Positions 55,311 through 64,000 of a stretch of DNA of 64,000 nt are shown in pieces. How positions within the stretch are numbered: position 1 is the stretch's first letter; every line of letters starts with the position of its first letter. The notes below the pieces were generated by a model. The model ran no database searches and was not told where the DNA came from. It was given only the letters and a program-made list of their open reading frames with translations. The DNA is from Eledone cirrhosa (taxonomy: Eukaryota): assembly GCA_964016885.1 (NCBI GenBank), contig OZ024761.1, positions 16,988,001-17,052,000 on the forward strand. The letters are read 5' to 3'. The translations under genes were made by a program, and so were the position numbers.

Positions 55311-58300
55311 GACGGTAATTACGGCACCCCTACAACAACAGTTAAGTGTCGATAACCACCACGCATTTATGAGACTAAAAACCTTGCTAGTGTATTTTTA
55401 TTTTGGTACAAAAGTTTTTAAATTCAAGTCCAATATAATGTATTTAAACGAATCTATAGATAGGATTTCAATACCTGCCAGAGCTTATGAAATAGTAAAA
55501 CAAATTTTTTTTTTCAATTATGTCAAATACCAAAAGTTGTTCTTTATTAAAGAAATGCTAAAATAGATTTAGTTAGTATGACTCTGAACTGTGTTCAGAA
55601 ACGGTAATGTTATGTTTTGCTGAGAGCCTGTCTGTCTTACAGTATGTTTACACACAATACATACATGCATATACATAAATTAATTGTTTATTAGCTATAT
55701 TCATCTGTTTACACTCCTCGTAATAATTCGAGCGGTTTTGTTTTTGTTTTTTCTTCAGGAGAGACGTAGATAGAAAAACGTTTGTGGCTTTAGTATTGCT
55801 TATTTTTAAGTTTTGTTTAATTGCCGATAAATTTGAAATATATTTGTTAGGTTTCTTAGAACTACAAATCTTTCTTATGACACTTACTACGGAATAAATT
55901 CTTAGCTGGATACTTTACTTTGAATCAGATGTAGCAAAAACTTGTGAAGACTGACATGAGTTATGTTGAATATAAGTGTAGACGTCAAATATTTTTGTTT
56001 ATTCAATCTAAAGGGAAGGCAAAAGAATTATAAGTCAAGTGCAAAATTAACGTTTAAAGGCATAAGAAAGGTATCTCGCTTTCTCTCCTGTAAAATAAAT
56101 AGGCTGTTTTTAGACCAGGAGGATGGGAGGATTGACTCAGTCAGATTTAAATGCACACATGACGGTAAATACGACAGTCCTACAACAACAGTTAAGTGTC
56201 TATAACAACCATGCATTTAAGAGACTGAAAACCTTACTAATTTGTTTTTATTTTGGTACTTGAAAACAAAATTTAAAAACAAATTATATATTTAATTTCC
56301 TGTAAGTAACATACAATGTATTTAAATGAATCTACAGATGGAGTTGCAATATCTGCCAGGACTTTGGAAATAGGGAAATATATAATTTTTTAAATTAAAA
56401 CTACTTTTCAAAGGAATAATAAAGATATATATATACACACACACACACAGACATCTCTAGTGGAGATATTTCTGAGATTGGAAACCCTATCGATGTATGT
56501 ATTTTGTCACTGAAAAGTTATCAAAAAATTATTATTATATATACATGTTTGTGTTTTTGACGTAAGTAAAACGAATCTATATACGAGGTTTTCGATACCT
56601 GCCAGAGCTTATGAAATAGTAAAAGAATATTTTTATTTTTCAATTATGTCAAACATCGTATGTGGTTCTTTATTAAAGAAATGCTAAAATAGATTTAAAT
56701 ATATGAAATTTGCACAGTAGAATTACGGCCGCTTGGCGGGCGTCTGGTAAAGTGGTGGTAGTGTAGGTTCGAGCGGAGGGGAAACTAAAAAGGTGGCTCA
56801 GAGATGATCGTGGCCCCGGGTAGCTCAGAAGATAGAGACCAATCTCTTAAATTAAAACAATAAAAATGTTTTAAACATAAGATAAAGTAGAAGATCGAAA
56901 CCCTATCTCCAAATCTATACACACTCAATAGATGCATAGATACACCACAACTACCCACACGACCACCTACAGACCAACAATTACGGAGTGAAAATAAACA
57001 CATTTAAAGCTATTTTATTGTTAGACTAAAAATAAGTTTATATATGTAAATATTCAAAAGAAAATCACTTAAGTCTTTATAGTCTAGTGGTAAGACGTAG
57101 CACTGGGGAATGCCGTGTTAGGATTTCGAATCAACTTAAAACATTAATTTTTTTTATCCTCACACTGTAAGGAATTTGTTTGATTTGAACACGTCGTCAT
57201 ACCATTTAAAGCTTTATTTTTCTCTTTCTAGTGGTAACACAGTCAGCATATAAATAAACGTGATTCACTTCAACACGTTGCCATACCATTTAAAACTTTA
57301 TTTGGAGATGAGACAAAGACACATAAATACACCAAGTAGTAAACCCTTGATTTAACTTACTATGAAGATGAAGAATGTCTTAATATCAAAGTGACGTTAA
57401 ATTTAGGGGCCACTTTCATTGTTTTTAATTTACAGAAACTCCTTAATATAACACAATATACAAGATATATATATCAGAAGGAATATTTTTTATTTTCTTG
57501 TTCCGTCAAACCTTGCGTTTATTCTACACACACACACGTCGAAACACTTGCTTGAGGTGGCTTTCTTAGACATAATGAAAAGTGTTGGCTTTGTGGAGAT
57601 TGATACAACTTTGGGTGATGTTACGAGGAGGAGCAAGGCTATGGAGAGTGTCTTAGTGGAAGAGATGATATCAGAGCAGTAACCTCCAAAGAGATGAAAT
57701 TAGTGACTGAGATGCTATCATTGCATAGTTAAGAATATATATAACAAACATATACTATAAATTTAACAAGTCAAACTACAGTTATACTCTAACACAGAAG
57801 ACAAATAAAACTTTACCTCTATCATGCACGTCGTATCCAGTGTGTTGTTATAAGAAAACCGGTGAAACACTAAATATGCCACCAGTGTAGCGATTTTATA
57901 CTCTCTCTGCTTCATCGTACCACCCAGTAACATGAAACTGTGTTCAAATCCCTGGGTGGTAGAATTACGTCGCTTTAAAATAAACACACTGGGGTCAGTT
58001 TGAATATTGATTTCATGTGAAAAATATAAACATATGATTGTACTCCGAACTATCAATATTGAAACAATTCTAATGCGCCAATAAAATTTATATATATATA
58101 CAGCAACAGTGTTTTCGATCTTTCTTACTTTTTTTTATTCACATTCTACAGTCACTTTAACTCTGTAATAAAAGCCAACACGAGACGAACGTTAACTGCA
58201 GTTACCCACGAAATTAACGCACACACAAATGAATATACTACGAAAATGTATTTAAAATAAAAAAATAAATACTTAAATTCAATGTATGTATAATTACACA

Positions 58301-58840
58301 TACAATATGTTTTGTTGTAAAACCCTAAATAATCATTTAAGAAATGATGTCAATCTTTGTACAGAGATAAACATTAATTTATGTATATGCATTGTGTGTG
58401 CGTATATACTCCATTTAAGACAGCGAAAAAACCAGTACCTCCTTCGAAGAATGCCAAATAGCTTATGCCTCAGGGATACCGGTGTAACACTAATTAAGTT
58501 ACCGGTGTAGATATTTCAGTTGAACCCTGCTTCAACAAACTACCCGGTAATTTGAAATCGAGTTTAGAGTGAGGGGTGTAAAACAGAATTCTGTTTGGAA
58601 AATAGTAAATTCTAAACCTGCTAGAATTAGCAGCCAAATGTCGTACTTTGGGTACGAGTTGCGACTCGTCTTACCTCTTCTAATATATATATATAAATAT
58701 ATATGTGTGTGTGTATATATATATATATGCGTATGTAGGTTCACGGGTCGCGCCGGGGAGAAACCACAATAAATACAATGTACTCAATAGATTGGCACAG
58801 TATATATATATATATGTGGGTGTGTGTGTACATATAAATA

Positions 58841-58871
<31 letters not shown>

Positions 58872-59115
58872 ATATATATATATGTGTATAAATGCATATA
58901 TACATATAAATACTTATATATATACATAAACATATGTATACATACACACATATATAGATATATATGTGTGTATATATATATATCTGTGTGTCTATTTCTA
59001 TATATATATATAAATATATATAATTATTACTTAGGTTCTAAGGAATATCCCGCGAATGTCGGGGTTTACTGTATATATATATATATATGTATGTATATAC
59101 ATATTTATTACTTTC

Positions 59116-59476
59116 ACTGTTATTTCTAGCATGAAAAAGAAAAACCGGAAGAGGAGAAAATTGAAAAACATCTTCTTTTTCCCCCCTTTAACTTTTCAAA
59201 CAAAAGAGAATTTTATGTAAACAAAAACGAAATTTTTGCCAAGAAAGATAACTCTTCTCTGACTTAAATCCAAAATTGGGATACGAAAAGAATTCAGCAA
59301 TTTTTTGTATCCCAATTTTGGATTTAAGTCAGAGAAGAGTTATCTTTCTTGGCAAAAATTTCGTTTTTGTTTACATAAAATTCTCTTTTGTTTGAAAAGT
59401 TAAAGGGGGGAAAAAGAAGATGTTTTTCAATTTTCTCCCCTTCCGGTTTTTTCTAGTGTATACTAGAAATAGCAGT
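59116..59476. repeat. 361-bp palindrome, unit 10
   Basis: Same as unit 1. Confidence 0.95.
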
Positions 59477-59838
59477 CAAAGCAATATATATATGCCTTTT
59501 GTGACAATATATATTGTTTTAACGCTAGATTATTAACAACAATATATTGTATTTGTTGGCCTATTGGACGCAGAAGACGCTCACTCGATTTTTATTATAT
59601 TTTACGTTGTATTTTGAGGTTTATAGGCTTTTCTATGGACCACCTACAATATTCGCGATTTTTCTCTATTCTCGGGTTCTCTAGGACTGTAAACCCCACG
59701 AATGCCGGGGGGTAAATGTATATGAATATATCGACTGATAATATACAGTATAATTGTACGAGTATGCATATACATAGCAATGTATATACATATTTACACA
59801 TATATGTACATATATATATATATATATAGACACACATG

Positions 59839-59870
<32 letters not shown>

Positions 59871-60462
59871 TGTATATATATATTTATATATATATGCATG
59901 TATGTATGTATGTATATATGTATATATATATATATATATACATAGACATGTGTGTGTGTGTATGTACATTCTTAGGTATATACATATATATTTATACACA
60001 CATACATACAAATATATATATTTCTATGAGTCTCGGTTTATTACACATTGGAGACAGAGTGAGAGATTTAGCTTTCATTTTTAGCAGATTTAGAAACTTT
60101 GCAAACGCTTTATTTTTTCTTATTGCCGGTACTCTGAACACGATTTGAAATGACTGGAGTGAGTTTATAAAAGGGTAAACTGAAATAGTTGCACCGGTAA
60201 TATATTTAGTGTTACACCGGTATTTTTGAAACAATCTCTTTTGCATTCGTCTGCACGCGGTAACGTTTTCTATGCCGTCTCTGGTAGTGTAGAACTGTAG
60301 GTTGACTTGCTTGGGTTTTACAAATGTTTGTCAACATGCATATTATTATTATATACTTTCAAACACACTTACATATATTATATTTATAAACATATAGGAT
60401 TTTACTAAGTTTTTATTCTTTCTAATGTGAAGAGATAGAAATAATAAGTTAAAGCTAAAGTA

Positions 60463-61496
60463 TAATGATATAACAACAGTATATAATAGTTTTCTCCACT
60501 TTATTGAGATGCAAACGTTTTAAAGAAAAAACATGACAGTATAAGAAATATTTAATATCATAACATATAATATTTCAGGTAGGATGGTCGTTTCTCTTGT
60601 CTTCCACCTCTAGTTGTAGATTCTTCATGTCCTCTCTAGCCATAATTACGTCGTCGACATATGCACACGTTTGATTTCTTCTTGAACGAATTGCAAATCT
60701 TGAGGTAGCCTTCTTGGTACATTTATTAGCTTTAATTCGTGTTTACACTGCTTGTAATAATTCGTACGTTTTTTACTTTAGATGAAACATATATATAAGA
60801 ACGTCTGTGGCTTTAGTATACCTTTAAGTTTGATTTCAATAGAAAAATACTTACTGAACATGTGTAACACAATTATAACTGGAGCTACTAAGTTCCTAGC
60901 CACTAGAAAATATATTTGATAGAAGTTATTTCTTAGTTCTATGCACTGTCAATATCCCTTCTACTTTTTATATGCTTGTGTTTGTTAAAGAAACATTCTC
61001 TGATTTAGAAACCACGATCTTCTCGCACCACCGTTGTAGTAATTCTTGTTAAATGTTTTGTCTGGTCTATTGTCAATAAGTGGCCTTGTTTTCTGATTAT
61101 TAATAAAGTTAAGTGGTCTACTGAATTGTCTTCATTATTGCCTATTTATAAGTTTTGTTTAACTGCCGATAACTTTAAAATGTATTTCTTAGGTTGCTTA
61201 GGCCTACAAACCTTATATCAGTGTCCCTTCTTTTGACACTTTCTACGAGTGAATCCTTAAATTGACATTTTATTTTGGGTTGTACTGCCTTATCCCACCT
61301 ATAACAGCTTGAAGCAGGTATAGTAAAAACAGGTCCTTGACTGTGGAGACTAATATGAGTTATGTTGAATATACTTGTTGAGGTTTATTCAATCTAAGAG
61401 AAGAAAAAGGAATTATAAGTAAAGTGCAAAATAAATCGGCTGCTTTTAAACCTAGAGGAGGGGAGGATTGACTTAGTCAGGTTTAAATGCCCACAT
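60463..61496 (-). mobile_element. Gypsy remnant, unit 10
   Basis: YVDD at 60650-60661. Confidence 0.75.
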
Positions 61497-62489
61497 GACG
61501 GTAATTACGGCACCCCTACAACAACAGTTAAGTGTCTATAACCACCACGCATTTATGAGACTAAAAACCTTGCTAGTGTATTTTTATTTTGGTACAAAAG
61601 TTTTTAAATTCAAGTAAGTCCAATATAATGTATTTAAACGAATCTATAGATAGGATTTCAATATCTGCCAGAGCTTATGAAATAGTAAAACAATTTTTTT
61701 TTTTCAATTGTGTCAAATACCAAAAGTTGTTCTTTATTAAAGAAATGCTAAAATAGATTTAGTTAGTATGACTCTGAACTGTGTTCAGAAACGGTAATGT
61801 TATGTTTTGCTGAGAGCCTGTCTGTCTTACAGTATGTTTACACACAATACATACATGCATATACATAAATTAATTGTTTATTAGCTATATTCATCTGTTT
61901 ACACTCCTCGTAATAATTCGAGCGGTTTTGTTTTTGTTTTTTCTTCAGGAGAGACGTAAATAGAAAAACGTTTGTGGCTTTAGTATTGCTTATTTTTAAG
62001 TTTTGTTTAATTGCCGATAAATTTGAAATATATTTGTTAGGTTTCTTAGAACTACAAATCTTTCTTATGACACTTACTACGGAATAAATTCTTAGCTGGA
62101 TACTTTACTTTGAATCAGATGTAGCAAAAACTTGTGAAGACTGACATGAGTTATGTTGAATATAAGTGTAGACGTCAAATATTTTTGTTTATTCAATCTA
62201 AAGGGAAGGCAAAAGAATTATAAGTCAAGTGCAAAATTAACGTTTAAAGGCATAAGAAAGGTATCTCGCTTTCTCTCCTGTAAAATAAATAGGCTGTTTT
62301 TAGACCAGGAGGATGGGAGGATTGACTCAGTCAGATTTAAATGCACACATGACGGTAAATACGACAGTCCTACAACAACAGTTAAGTGTCTATGACAACC
62401 ATGCATTTAAGAGACTGAAAACCTTACTAATTTGTTTTTATTTTGGTACTTGAAAACAAAATTTAAAAACAAATTATATATTTAATTTC

Positions 62490-64000
62490 CTGTAAGTCAA
62501 ATACAATGTATTTAAATGAATCTACAGATGGAGTTGCAATATCTGCCAGGACTTTGGAAATAGGGAAATATATAATTTTTAAAATTAAAACTACTTTTCA
62601 AAGGAATAATAAAGATATATATACACACACACACAGACATCTCTAGTGGAGATATTTCTGAGATTGGAAACCCTATCGATGTATGTATTTTGTCACTGAA
62701 AAGTTATCAAAAAATTATTATTATATATACATGTTTGTGTTTTTGACGTAAGTAAAACGAATCTATATACGAGGTTTTCGATACCTGCCAGAGCTTATGA
62801 AATAGTAAAAGAATATTTTTATTTTTCAATTATGTCAAACATCGTATGTGGTTCTTTATTAAAGAAATGCTAAAATAGATTTAAATATATGAAATTTGCA
62901 CAGTAGAATTACGGCCGCTTGGCGGGCGTCTGGTAAAGTGGTGGTAGTGTAGGTTCGAGCGGAGGGGAAACTAAAAAGGTGGCTCAGAGATGATCGTGGC
63001 CCCGGGTAGCTCAGAAGATAGAGACCAATCTCTTAAATTAAAACAATAAAAATGTTTTAAACATAAGATAAAGTAGAAGATCGAAACCCTATCTCCAAAT
63101 CTATACACACTCAATTGATGCATAGATACACCACAACTACCCACACGACCACCTACAGACCAACAATTACGGAGTGAAAATAAACACATTTAAAGCTATT
63201 TTATTGTTAGACTAAAAATAAGTTTATATATGTAAATATTCAAAAGAAAATCACTTAAGTCTTTATAGTCTAGTGGTAAGACATAAGACTGGGGAATGCC
63301 GTGTTTGGATTTCGAATCAACTTAAAACATTAATTTTTTTTATCCTCACACTGTAAGGAATTTGTTTGATTTGAACACGTAGTCATACCATTTAAAGCTT
63401 TATTTTTCTCTTTCTAGTGGTAACACAGTCAGCATATAAATAAACGTGATTCACTTCAACACGTTGCCATACCATTTAAAACTTTATTTGGAGATGAGAC
63501 AAAGACACATAAATACACCAAGTAGTAAACCCTTGATTTAACTTACTATGAAGATGAAGAATGTCTTAATATCAAAGTGACGTTAAATTTAGGGGCCACT
63601 TTCATTGTTTTTAATTTACAGAAACTCCTTAATATAACACAATATACAAGATATATATATCAGAAGGAATATTTTTTATTTTCTTGTTCCGTCAAACCTT
63701 GCGTTTATTCTACACACACACACACGTCGAAACACTTGCTTGAGGTGGCTTTCTTAGACATAATGAAAAGTGTTGGCTTTGTGGAGATTGATAGAACTTT
63801 GGGTGATGTTACGAGGAGGGGCAAGGCTATGGAGAGTGTCTTAGTGGAAGAGATGATATCAGAGCAGTAACCTCCAAAGAGATGAAATTAGTGACTGAGA
63901 TGCTATCATTGCATAGTTAAGAATATATATAACAAACATATACTATAAATTTAACAAGTCAAACTACAGTTATACTCTAACACGGAAGACAAATAAAACT
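62490..64000. repeat. Repeat unit 11 (partial, cut by the window end)
   Basis: Matches the first ~1.5 kb of the unit. Confidence 0.95.

Larger units (their letters stand above)
50068..56299. repeat. Repeat unit 9 (6232 bp)
   Basis: Anchor-to-anchor distance. Confidence 0.95.
56300..62489. repeat. Repeat unit 10 (6190 bp)
   Basis: Anchor-to-anchor distance. Confidence 0.95.
1..64000. repeat. Tandem macrosatellite array, ~6.2 kb unit, ~10.2 copies, continuing beyond the window
   Basis: The anchor CTGTAAGT(C/A)A(A/C)ATACAATGTATTTAAATG recurs at 1, 6295, 12516, 18761, 25150, 31359, 37597, 43777, 50068, 56300 and 62490. The same ORF set recurs with this period. Units differ mainly by SNPs, microsatellite length and small indels. 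Confidence 0.99.

Noticed and set aside
1-64000. CRISPR array or prokaryotic system
   Set aside because: There are no short repeats with unique spacers and no cas-like or other long ORFs. The composition, microsatellites and SINE indicate an animal genome.

Overview
Eukaryotic, very AT-rich DNA with dense (TA)n/(TG)n microsatellites. It is probably from an octopod cephalopod, inferred from a recognisable tRNA-derived SINE. The whole window is one head-to-tail macrosatellite: about 10.2 near-identical copies of a ~6.2 kb unit (6180-6389 bp), starting at 1, 6295, 12516, 18761, 25150, 31359, 37597, 43777, 50068, 56300 and 62490. No intact protein-coding gene is visible. Each unit contains: (i) decayed tRNA-like/Pol III box motifs; (ii) a possible LINE 3' fragment; (iii) three diverged copies of a ~170-220 bp element, two of them inverted; (iv) a 361-bp near-perfect palindrome between microsatellite blocks; and (v) a ~1 kb Ty3/Gypsy gag-protease-RT remnant with several deletions, plus a second, more deleted paralogue. 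Three observations stand out. Two apparently independent SINE insertions (one full-length, one 5'-truncated) share the same 3' junction in different units. The two palindrome arms co-vary across units. The units are mosaic, and one haplotype recurs every third unit. All calls were made by eye; no database searches were run.
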